Assembly: GCA_012862495.1 (NCBI GenBank)
Contig: BLSG01000211.1
Location: 33,143 to 97,142, forward strand
Direction of reading: 5' to 3'
DNA from: Thraustochytrium aureum
Lineage: Eukaryota
Length of the DNA: 64,000 bases
Shown here: positions 12,272 through 22,434 of the stretch, piece by piece
Layout of the letters: each line of letters begins with the position of its first letter
How positions within the stretch are numbered: the stretch's first letter is position 1
Notes under the pieces: model-generated
Database searches by the model: none
What the model was told of the DNA's origin: nothing
Seen by the model: only the letters and a program-made list of their open reading frames with translations
Made by a program: the position numbers and the translations under genes

Positions 12272-14105
12272 ATGGAGATAGAGACTGGCAGAGCGCCCGC
12301 AGCCGCGCGAAAGCCGAAACCCGGCGGCCACGGAGAGGTTTTCGCGGTGAGCCGGCTCATTCGCGTGCAGCTGCTGGCCATCGCGGTGTATTCTTTCTTG
12401 GCGCTCGCCAAAAACGTCACCTTCTTCCCGTTCATCAGGACTACCATCGAGTGCCAGAGCGACACTCCCCCGGCCAACCGGTTCTCCGGGATGTGGAGCG
12501 GCTCGGAGCACTGCACAGATCTGCGACTGGTCGCCCGTGAGGCGCAGTTTCTCAAGGGGCTCGCGGAAGGGCTCGACCAGGCCATACATTGCGTCGCGCT
12601 GCCCGGGTTGGGCCACGCCATTGACTGCTTCGGCAGGCGCTGGGGCGTTATGGTTGGAGTCTTGGGCATCTTGGTTCAGAGCTTGTGCTTTTGGGCCGCG
12701 GCGACCATCGGGTTTGGCGCAGGGTCGAGGGCGATGATTATCGCGGGCTCGCTGCTGCAGGGCGTAACAGGGATCTTTATGGCCAGCGTGCAGGCTTCGG
12801 TCCGCGACGTGCAGCGGCGGTGCACTGGGGATGATGCACCGCACGAGAGCCACGCCTACGGCGCGTTGCAGGTCGCGCAGGGCATAGCTCACTCGACGGC
12901 GCTTGTGCTGGTCGTGGGCCTGGTCGTCTCGCGCAACCTCGAGGCTTATGGCTTCGTTNNNNNNNNNNNNNNNNNNNNNNNNNNNNNNNNNNNNNNNNNN
13001 NNNNNNNNNNNNNNNNNNNNNNNNNNNNNNNNNNNNNNNNNNNNNNNNNNNNNNNNNNNNNNNNNNNNNNNNNNNNNNNNNNNNNNNNNNNNNNNNNNNN
13101 NNNNNNNNNNNNNNNNNNNNNNNNNNNNNNNNNNNNNNNNNNNNNNNNNNNNNNNNNNNNNNNNNNNNNNNNNNNNNNNNNNNNNNNNNNNNNNNNNNNN
13201 NNNNNNNNNNNNNNNNNNNNNNNNNNNNNNNNNNNNNNNNNNNNNNNNNNNNNNNNNNNNNNNNNNNNNNNNNNNNNNNNNNNNNNNNNNNNNNNNNNNN
13301 NNNNNNNNNNNNNNNNNNNNNNNNNNNNNNNNNNNNNNNNNNNNNNNNNNNNNNNNNNNNNNNNNNNNNNNNNNNNNNNNNNNNNNNNNNNNNNNNNNNN
13401 NNNNNNNNNNNNNNNNNNNNNNNNNNNNNNNNNNNCATATTCCCTGAGACGCTTGCTGAACCGCAGGTCTGGAGCTGGCGCAAGGCGAGCCCGCTGAGCC
13501 TCCTCGACCTGCTTTGGGAGGGCGGGACGCGGCGCTGGCTCGCGCTGGCGGTGTTCTTCAGCTTATTGTCATTGAGCTCGCTGTCCGTGTTGCAGGCGTT
13601 CACTGTTGCGGAGTTCAAGTGGACGCAGACCTACAGCACGGTAATCTTTGCGGCACTCAGCCCCGTCGCTGTTGTCAGCTTGGCGGCTTCGTTCACGCTG
13701 ACACCGCGCTTTGGCCCCTTTGTCGTCCTCAAGTGCGGCTTTGTCGTGCTCATCCTGGGCATGTTGTCGCTCTGCTTTGCGCCGCTTGGGCCAGTCTGGG
13801 TGTTTGTCGGCATGGGGTTTTTGTTCGCGTCTGCGGGTTCGTTTCCGGCCTTCATGCAGGTCCTCACCGGCCTCAGTTCTGCGAACGAGACGGGCGAACT
13901 GCTGGCAAACATCGGCGCCGTCGCGCTCGCAGCCGTTGCGCTCGGCAACGTGATATATGGGACGATTTTCCGTTGGCTGCATTCGTCGCCGGGGCTTTCG
14001 TTCCAGCTCGGCGGGCTGCCCCTCATGCTTGTTGCTTGCTATTGCGCGTCGCGTACGCGTGTCCTTGCGGAGCCCGAGCTCGCCAAGAGCGGCAATCTGG
14101 GCTGA
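12272..14105 (+). CDS. Major facilitator superfamily transporter (TetA/HIAT1/SLC46-like), gap in the middle
   Basis: Multiple hydrophobic helices, MFS motif-A-like LGHAIDCFGRR, and FPETL..W..ASPL after TM6. Confidence 0.8.
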
Positions 14106-14190
14106 TTCGCAGCCAGGCCTTGCGCGTGCAGCAACGAGTCCTCGGCGGCTGGTCGGAACGTTTGAAAACGCTGTGAACTTTCCTTTCCTT

Positions 14191-14240
14191 GTCAATTGGT
14201 GAACGGCCTTGCCCCATGTCAATCGGTGAACGGCCTTGCC
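14191..14240. repeat. 27-bp-period direct repeat x2 in intergenic DNA
   Basis: gtcaattggtgaacggccttgcc followed by gtcaatcggtgaacggccttgcc. Confidence 0.8.
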
Positions 14241-14582
14241 TTGATGATGTACTTACTCCATGTGGTTGGGTCTTACGGTAAGCTAAAAGATGGGAGGCGC
14301 AACCTGCAAAAGATGAAAGAAACGGCGCTGCCGAACCAGGCCAGGCAGCGCCAACAGGGAGATCTCGCTGCGCCATGGAGGCGGCTCGCTGGCCCGGATC
14401 TACTCCATGTACGCTACCGATGGGGTTGGGATGTTCCTTTTTTAAAAGGAGCAAGCAAGCAAGGGAGTCTTTGCTGCTCGTGGGGAAACCCCGTGCCCAC
14501 TTTGGCTTCGGCAACCCGACAAAACGGTGTCGGGCGGTCAAGACAATCGAGATTCTATTAGGTGCTCGCTTCGCAAGACTAG

Positions 14583-15217
14583 CTAGTCCGAGTCCGAGTC
14601 GTCGCCCGCCGCGGCCCCGCCCCCAAACAAACCGCCAAGTAGCTTTGACGGGTCCGGCTGGTCGGCCTGGTTCTTGCGCATCTCCTCCTGCATCTTCTTC
14701 ATCTCCTCGGGGTCCATGCTGTCCATCATTTTGGGCAAAATGAATACAGTGACCCCCATGAACAGCATCATGAGACCCATCGGGTTCATGAACATGGACA
14801 AGATGTTCATTTCTTTGCGCGGCTCGAAATAGACCGGCCTAGCAAACGGCTCGAGCTTGATCGGGTTGGCGATCTCGCGCCGCTGCCCGTTGCTGTTGTG
14901 GAACGAGGTGCGCACTTTGCCGTCCTCGGTAATAGTCACCGAGTAGACGGGAAACGACCACCCCACCGTGCCCACCTCGAGGTTGTACGTGCCAGCGGGC
15001 AGCGCCGGCAGGGTAAACCCGCCGTCGACCCTCGTCATCGCCGCCACCTTGCCCCCATTCACCAGGATGTCCATCGTCGGCGGCCGCGACGTCTCGGGCA
15101 CCACCACGCGCCCCTTGACAGCCACGCCTCCACCCTCAGCGCGAGCTGCCGCGAGCACAACAAGCACCATCGCCACCACCTGGACCGCCACAAGCCGAGC
15201 AGATCGAAAGCCCCCAT
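14583..15217 (-). CDS. EMC7: ER membrane protein complex subunit 7
   Basis: Signal-like N-terminus, DGGFTLPALPAGTYNLEV beta-sandwich, and YFEPRKEMNILSMFMNPMGLMM..LPKMMDSMDPEEMK. Start codon uncertain (possible G-run frameshift). Confidence 0.9.
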
Positions 15218-15891
15218 CCCGCCCTGCGCGAGCACAGCACAAGCGCGAACCCACAACAACAGCAGCAGCACCAACGAGAGCGAGCGAGAGCAAACACACG
15301 CGCGCAAGCACTGCCGCCCTGCCGCAGCCCCTGCTCTCCGCCGCTGCACGAGCACAGGCGACTGCCCGGTCATCTGCCCTTCTGCCCACGACCTCCAGCA
15401 ACAGCGGCAACATCCGTGTACATCGAACTCATTCGCGAGCAACGGGAACANNNNNNNNNNNNNNNNNNNNNNNNNNNNNNNNNNNNNNNNNNNNNNNNNN
15501 NNNNNNNNNNNNNNNNNNNNNNNNNNNNNNNNNNNNNNNNNNNNNNNNNNNNNNNNNNNNNNNNNNNNNNNNNNNNNNNNNNNNNNNNNNNNNNNNNNNN
15601 NNNNNNNNNNNNNNNNNNNNNNNNNNNNNNNNNNNNNNNNNNNNNNNNNNNNNNNNNNNNNNNNNNNNNNNNNNNNNNNNNNNNNNNNNNNNNNNNNNNN
15701 NNNNNNNNNNNNNNNNNNNNNNNNNNNNNNNNNNNNNNNNNNNNNNNNNNNNNNNNNNNNNNNNNNNNNNNNNNNNNNNNNNNNNNNNNNNNNNNNNNNN
15801 NNNNNNNNNNNNNNNNNNNNNNNNNNNNNNNNNNNNNNNNNNNNNNNNNNNNNNNNNNNNNNNNNNNNNNNNNNNNNNNNNNNNNNNNNNN

Positions 15892-16855
15892 GGGCGGCGC
15901 TACCTCACACGCTCGACTACGCCGATCACGTGCCGCCCGGCAGCGGGCTTCAAGACGGGCAAGCAGATGCAGCAGTGGATGTGTTTTTCGTCCACCCGAC
16001 CGGGTACTTTGGCTTTGCTTGGAACGCACCGGTGCTGTCACCGTACAACCCGCTCGGGTGGCTCTCCGACGCCCTCTCGAACGTTGTCGCTCTTGTACAC
16101 ACGACGCCATACAACGGCGTTGGGCGCGTGTTTAGCCCGCGCTTTCGGCAGATGACGGGGCTCGGGTTTCTGTTGAAAACGTCGAGGCGCGCACGATTGC
16201 CATGGATATCGCCTACAAGGACGTCCGTGCAGCGTTTCACCACATGCTGCAAAAGTGGAGCGAGGGCCGGCCCCTCCTTCTTGTGGGCCACTCGCAGGGG
16301 AGCATTCTCCTTGCTCGGCTCTTGCGCGACGAGTTCGGTGACAAGTCGCCGTTGCGAGCCAGGCTCGTGGCCGCGTACCTGATTGGGGCTCCAATCGTTC
16401 CAGAAGACGTCCCGGTTCCGGTATGCAGCGCAGCAGACCAAGTACAGTGCGTCGTCGGATACAACGTCTTTGTCCAAGGTGGGGACGTTTCCAAATTCGT
16501 ATTGCGCCATGACGAGAGCCCCACAGCAGACCTGATCTGCGTCAACCCGCTCACGTGGCGCCTCGACGGCGCGCACGCCGCGCCACATCTCAACAAGGGC
16601 AGTCGGCCGATTCCGCTTGCGGCAATTCTGACAGGCGAAATCATGGGCCCGCTTTTGCCGTCCACCTTTTCCGCGCAGTGCCGGGAGGGGGTCTTGTGGA
16701 CCGAGCGTCCGCTTGTGGACGGGTTTTGGCACGGCGTTTTCCCGGGCGGCAACTTTCACGGGGTGGAGACGAGCTTCTTCTTCATGGCGCACCGGGAAAA
16801 CAGCCAGCAGCGCGCCGAGGCCTTCCTCCGCGCAGCCGCGGCAACGGCGAACTAG
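15892..16855 (+). CDS. DUF3089-family alpha/beta hydrolase, 5' end in gap, frameshift near 16170
   Basis: VDVFFVHPT, RVFSPRFRQ, AYKDVRAAF, LVGHSQGS nucleophile elbow, LVAAYLIG, CVNPLTW, GNFH. Confidence 0.85.
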
Positions 16856-16925
16856 CCCACACCAATCACCCAGCGGCTTTGTCTTAACTCTATCTTGTCT
16901 CGCGCGACGCCGCAACCGATCGCAC

Positions 16926-19311
16926 CTACCGCTTGCCCTTGCGCTTCCCTTTCGCGCCTCGCTTTCCTTTGCCGCTCGCCGCCGCCTCAGTCGCCGCCAC
17001 CTCGTCAGGCGCTGCAGCGTGACCGGTGGCTTTGAGGTGCTTGAAAAGCTGGTTTCGCGTCTCGAAGTAAGAGCTGCAAGCGACGCACAGATAGTCGGTC
17101 TCGTAGTCCGCAGGGGGGGGCAACGGGGGCTTCGCTCCGCCTTTCTTGCCTTTCTTGCCTTTCCCCCCCTTCCCTTCCTTTGAATCCCCCTGCGCGGGGC
17201 CGGACGTGTCCACGATAAAGAAATCCCCGTCATCCAGTTCGCTGTTGTTTCCGCCAGCAGAATCGGCTGCGGCGCTCGTCATGTCTTTCCTTCCAGACGT
17301 TTGCCGAGCTGCATCTGAGCCATTGCTGGCAATATCTCCAACGCTGCGGCTTGCTGCGGCTTATCGCCTGAACCTGCCGCGCGGACTTTGGCAGTGCCAA
17401 CCTCGGTTTTGGCGGCATCCGCCTCCTCACCAGCGCTATCCTCCATCCTCTTCATCATCCTCCTTCTCCGCCTCCTCCTCCTCCTCCTCCNNNNNNNNNN
17501 NNNNNNNNNNNNNNNNNNNNNNNNNNNNNNNNNNNNNNNNNNNNNNNNNNNNNNNNNNNNNNNNNNNNNNNNNNNNNNNNNNNNNNNNNNNNNNNNNNNN
17601 NNNNNNNNNNNNNNNNNNNNNNNNNNNNNNNNNNNNNNNNNNNNNNNNNNNNNNNNNNNNNNNNNNNNNNNNNNNNNNNNNNNNNNNNNNNNNNNNNNNN
17701 NNNNNNNNNNNNNNNNNNNNNNNNNNNNNNNNNNNNNNNNNNNNNNNNNNNNNNNNNNNNNNNNNNNNNNNNNNNNNNNNNNNNNNNNNNNNNNNNNNNN
17801 NNNNNNNNNNNNNNNNNNNNNNNNNNNNNNNNNNNNNNNNNNNNNNNNNNNNNNNNNNNNNNNNNNNNNNNNNNNNNNNNNNNNNNNNNNNNNNNNNNNN
17901 NNNNNNNNNNNNNNNNNNNNNNNNNNNNNNNNNNNNNNNNNNNNNNNNNNNNNNNNNNNNNNNNNNNNNNNNNNNNNNNNNNNNNNTCCGTCTCCCCTGC
18001 CGCCGGCCACTCGCCCAAAGGCGCCAAAGCCACCTCCGCTACTGCTACTGTCGTCCGAGTCGCTGCCAGAGCCAGAGTCGTCACTCGCTGCGCCTTCCTC
18101 GCCAGCGCACGTTGGCGGGCCGCCGACCGCTTCCGCATCAGCTTGGGCATCGCCCCGTCGTCTTCGTCGGCCTCCGCGTCTGATTCCGAAAGTCCGGCAG
18201 CTGCTCTCTCAGCTGCTTCCTTCTCCAACTGCTTTCGCAGCGCGCGCTCCTCGGCCAGCATCTGCGCCTCGAGCTTTTTGACGGCCTCCTTGTGCTTTTT
18301 AGAATTCTCGTGGTTGGAGAACTGGCTCGCGGACTTGAACGACTTGGAGCACACCTCGCAGCGCCACACAACGTCGACCTCTTCGCCGTTTGGTGCTTTT
18401 GAGGCGTCCTTGTCACTGGACTTGGTCTTGGCCGCCTGTGCCTCCTCGTCCGCCAGACGGAAAACGCGCTGCCCGGTCTCGGCCTCCTCGCGCGCGATAC
18501 GCTCCTCTTCTTCGGCCTGGATGTCAAACCAGGCCTCCCGCGCCTCGCGCTTCCTGCGCTGCTTGTCTTCGAGGGCCGCGAGGCGTTCGCGCTCGCGCGC
18601 CTCTTGGGCGCGCTGGCGCTCGAGAGCGATGTGCATCATCCGCTTGTCCCGCTTTTTCACGTACTGCGTGAGACTGCGCACCTGCTCGTTGTACTCGCGG
18701 CGGGCGGCGTCGCGTGCCTTCTTGTTTTCCTTCTCTACAATCCGCCGCTGATACCGGTTTGTGGCGACCTCGTTCGGATTGTAAACGTCGGCCCACCCAA
18801 AACTGAGCCGCGAGGAAAACCCTGCGAAATAGGCGTAAAAGCGCTCGACCTCGGCTCCCTCCGTTGTGCTCACGCCAAACAGAGGCGCGTCAGCGTGGGG
18901 CCCCGCTCCGCCCAGGCCGTGGTCAATCTCGATGCGGATGATTTCTGCGAACGCGCGCGAGTAGGTCGCGAAGAACCCGTTCTCGTCGTCCCCGAACCCT
19001 TCAAAGCAGCCCGCCCTGAACCACTTCCACAGGTTGGGCGCCAAGCTGACAGTCCCGGCGTCGCCGGACGTCCCGTCGCCGCCGGCGAGAATAGACTCGC
19101 GATGGCTGTCGTACCACGCACGTTCCTGGGGGTCGCTCAGCACCTCGTATGCAGCATTCAGCTCCTTGAACCTCGCCTCGGCCCCCTCTTCCCGATTCTT
19201 GTCCGGGTGCCACTTGAGCGCAAGTTTCCTGTACGCCTTCTTCAGCACGTCGGCGTCTGCGTCGCGCTCCACGCCCAGCACTTCGTAGTGGCACCTCATC
19301 CGCCCCGCCAT
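16926..19311 (-). CDS. DNAJC21: DnaJ homolog subfamily C member 21 (Jjj1): J-domain, DBINO-like region, two C2H2 fingers
   Basis: [95 protein letters not shown]. Confidence 0.93.
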
Positions 19312-19522
19312 CTCGGCCGGCCCCGCGCGCCGCTCCGCCGGCCTCCTCCCGCGCACCGCTCCCTCGATGGGGCTCTGCCGCCCAGCCGCGCCTCCCTCGA
19401 TGCCCGCGCGCTCGAACGAAGGGTCGGCCCGCGCCGCACGTCACCCCGGGTACCTCTACGACGCGCACCTCCGTTCCTGCAACGCGTCGACCAGGTCGGA
19501 CGCGGACAGAATCCCCAGCCGG

Positions 19523-19569
19523 CGCTGCGCGGCTGCGCGGCTGCGCGGCTGCGCGGCTGCGCGGCTGCG
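19523..19569. repeat. 8-bp tandem repeat GCTGCGCG x~6 in the divergent intergenic region between DNAJC21 and NDUFAF6
   Basis: gctgcgcg units read directly. Confidence 0.85.
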
Positions 19570-19927
19570 TTGAGGCGGACGCGAGGCGCGCGGGGCTGCA
19601 AGCGAGGAACAGGCCCGGGCCTCGCCCGTCTGGGCTCGCCAAGCCCACTCCGCGAATCGACCGCTGTCCGAAGTGCCGCAGGTGACGGAGGCGCCACGTC
19701 ACAGGAGACCTCAAGTGACGTGCGCCTCGCCGTGCAGCCCCCCGGAGTGGCTCTTGCCCGTCTCTGACGCCCAAGTCTGATCGGAGAGCGGCGCAGCGGT
19801 CGATGTCTGCGACAGCCTTTGCAGGTCTCCGTCCGATTGAGAAGGGTTTCTGCGCGGCGGCGGAGCGTTGTTGGTGCCGCCACAGGGAGTGCCCGGTGGG
19901 TTTCGTCGCTTCGCTGCCGCTCCTTCG

Positions 19928-21100
19928 ATGGCGCTGCTGAGGCGGCTCGGTGCCGCGGGCGCCTTGAGGCTGAGGCACGGCCGAGCTGGGGCGACCCGGG
20001 GCATGGCCTCTGGGGGGGTTGCGAGCCGGGCGTGCTTGGATGCTGTGAAGACGGGCGACAAGCCGGCGTATTTGACGGGGCTGATTATGCCCAAGGAGGT
20101 GAGGCCGGCCTACTTTGCGCTTCGGGCCTTGAACGTCGAGGTGGCGCGCATACCCGAGGCAGCTAGCTTCAACGAGATGACCGCACAGCTCAGGTACCAG
20201 TGGTGGCGCGATCTGGTCAACTACGCCTGCACCGGCGAGGACTCGGTGGTCTCCTGCAAGGACCACCCGGTCGCCATCGAGCTGAAGCGCGCCGTGGAGC
20301 AGCACGGGCTCACGCGTCGCTGGCTCGACCGCCTTATCGACGCGCGTGAGCGAGACTTTAACATGTCGCATCTCGACACGATGGAGGACCTCGAAAGCTA
20401 CGCAGAGAACACAATGTCGTCGCTCAACTACCTTACCTTGGAGCTCCTGGGCGTCCGAGAACTCCCTGCCGACCATGCTGCCAGCCATGTCGGCAAGGCA
20501 GTGGGGATCGCTGCCGCTCTCCGTGGGTTGCCCTACTTTCACGCGCTGGGGCAGAACCGACTCCCCCTGCAGGTCATGACCAAGAACGGGCTCCGCAAGA
20601 GGGCCTTCGAGCGCATTGCCTCACTAGCTCTGGAGCAGCTCAAGGGCAAAGACGAGGAGGGCGTTCCGGAAGGCGGCAAGCACGATACGCTGACCGGAGC
20701 GCAGCCAGCTCAAGCGAGCGAACTTCCGCAGGCTGCGCGAGACCAGGCCGAGGCGCTCTTGGTGAAGCATCGCCAGAAGGCGGGGGCGTTGCGAACACCG
20801 ACGCCAGCGCCGGTGCAGGAAGTGGACGTCGACAAGGCCCGAAGCGCGCTCGTTGACGCGGTGTTTGAGGTTGCGTCGCAAGCGCACCTGCACATGGAGC
20901 ACGCGCGCGGGATGAAGGCCGACATCCCGCCTGCGGCAATCCCAGCGTTTTGGCCAAGTACGGAGGCGGCCCTCTTCCTGCGCCGACTAGAGCAGACCTC
21001 TCATTTCGACATTTTCGACCCAGAGCTGCGCGCTGACCCTTACTGGCAGGTGCGCTTGCAAGCCAACCTGCTCATCAACCGCTTTCGTGCCAGCTTTTAG
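19928..21100 (+). CDS. NDUFAF6: Complex I assembly factor 6 (squalene/phytoene synthase-like)
   Basis: Arg-rich transit-like N-terminus, ALRALNVEVA, RYQWWRD, HPVA, LESYAENT.SSL.YL.LE, DHAASHVGKA.GI...LRGLPY, FEVASQAHLH. Confidence 0.92.
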   Translation: MALLRRLGAAGALRLRHGRAGATRGMASGGVASRACLDAVKTGDKPAYLTGLIMPKEVRPAYFALRALNVEVARIPEAASFNEMTAQLRYQWWRDLVNYACTGEDSVVSCKDHPVAIELKRAVEQHGLTRRWLDRLIDARERDFNMSHLDTMEDLESYAENTMSSLNYLTLELLGVRELPADHAASHVGKAVGIAAALRGLPYFHALGQNRLPLQVMTKNGLRKRAFERIASLALEQLKGKDEEGVPEGGKHDTLTGAQPAQASELPQAARDQAEALLVKHRQKAGALRTPTPAPVQEVDVDKARSALVDAVFEVASQAHLHMEHARGMKADIPPAAIPAFWPSTEAALFLRRLEQTSHFDIFDPELRADPYWQVRLQANLLINRFRASF

Positions 21101-21433
21101 CACCAACTACGTAGGTAACGTTCTGCAAGAAAGGATGCTCGTCAAGTTTGATCGACATGACACCTCTGGTGGGCAGTAGGCTGTGGGTTTCTACGTGCAC
21201 GTTGCTCCGCGGCGGCCTGGGTTTTGGACCCGCAGGCGGTGGTTGACCGATGCTGTGCCAATGCGGCAAGCTGGCCCATTAGTCATCTGCAGCGTCAGCG
21301 TCATCGGTCTTGCACAGGTCCGGGTTGGGTTCATATCAACAGAGTGCCGCCTCTGTGGCTCGCCGTGAAGCCCCCATTGGTGCTGCCCAATACGCACCGG
21401 TGCGTTCTCGCAGCACTCACTCCCAACGTTCAG

Positions 21434-21475
21434 CGCATGACCTGCAGTCCACACGCATGACCTGCAGTCCACACG
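21434..21475. repeat. 20-bp direct tandem duplication
   Basis: cgcatgacctgcagtccaca x2. Confidence 0.85.
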
Positions 21476-22434
21476 CACGCTTGCGTGTCTTCAGACAGGT
21501 GCCCGCGATCATCTCCAACAGCTGGAAGCGGCCGCAACTCGGCCGCTCGTCAAAGACATGTGGCGGAAACGACTCCTGGCTCATGCCAGAACCCCAGCAG
21601 CACCTTGCCAGCTGGCCTCGAGCGCCGCGACGTCACCGACGTNNNNNNNNNNNNNNNNNNNNNNNNNNNNNNNNNNNNNNNNNNNNNNNNNNNNNNNNNN
21701 NNNNNNNNNNNNNNNNNNNNNNNNNNNNNNNNNNNNNNNNNNNNNNNNNNNNNNNNNNNNNNNNNNNNNNNNNNNNNNNNNNNNNNNNNNNNNNNNNNNN
21801 NNNNNNNNNNNNNNNNNNNNNNNNNNNNNNNNNNNNNNNNNNNNNNNNNNNNNNNNNNNNNNNNNNNNNNNNNNNNNNNNNNNNNNNNNNNNNNNNNNNN
21901 NNNNNNNNNNNNNNNNNNNNNNNNNNNNNNNNNNNNNNNNNNNNNNNNNNNNNNNNNNNNNNNNNNNNNNNNNNNNNNNNNNNNNNNNNNNNNNNNNNNN
22001 NNNNNNNNNNNNNNNNNNNNNNNNNNNNNNNNNNNNNNNNNNNNNNNNNNNNNNNNNNNNNNNNNNNNNNNNNNNNNNNNNNNNNNNNNNNNNNNNNNNN
22101 NNNNNNNNNNNNNNNNNNNNNNNNNNNNNNNNNNNNNNNNNNNNNNNNNNNNNNNNNNNNNNNNNNNNNNNNNNNNNNNNNNNNNNNNNNNNNNNNNNNN
22201 NNNNNNNNNNNNNNNNNNNNNNNNNNNNNNNNNNNNNNNNNNNNNNNNNNNNNNNNNNNNNNNNNNNNNNNNNNNNNNNNNNNNNNNNNNNNNNNNNNNN
22301 NNNNNNNNNNNNNNNNNNNNNNNNNNNNNNNNNNNNNNNNNNNNNNNNNNNNNNNNNNNNNNNNNNNNNNNNNNNNNNNNNNNNNNNNNNNNNNNNNNNN
22401 NNNNNNNNNNNNNNNNNNNNNNNNNNNNNNNNNN

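Noticed and set aside
19928..21100. Phytoene or squalene synthase
   Set aside because: It lacks DxxDD motifs and carries NDUFAF6-specific motifs
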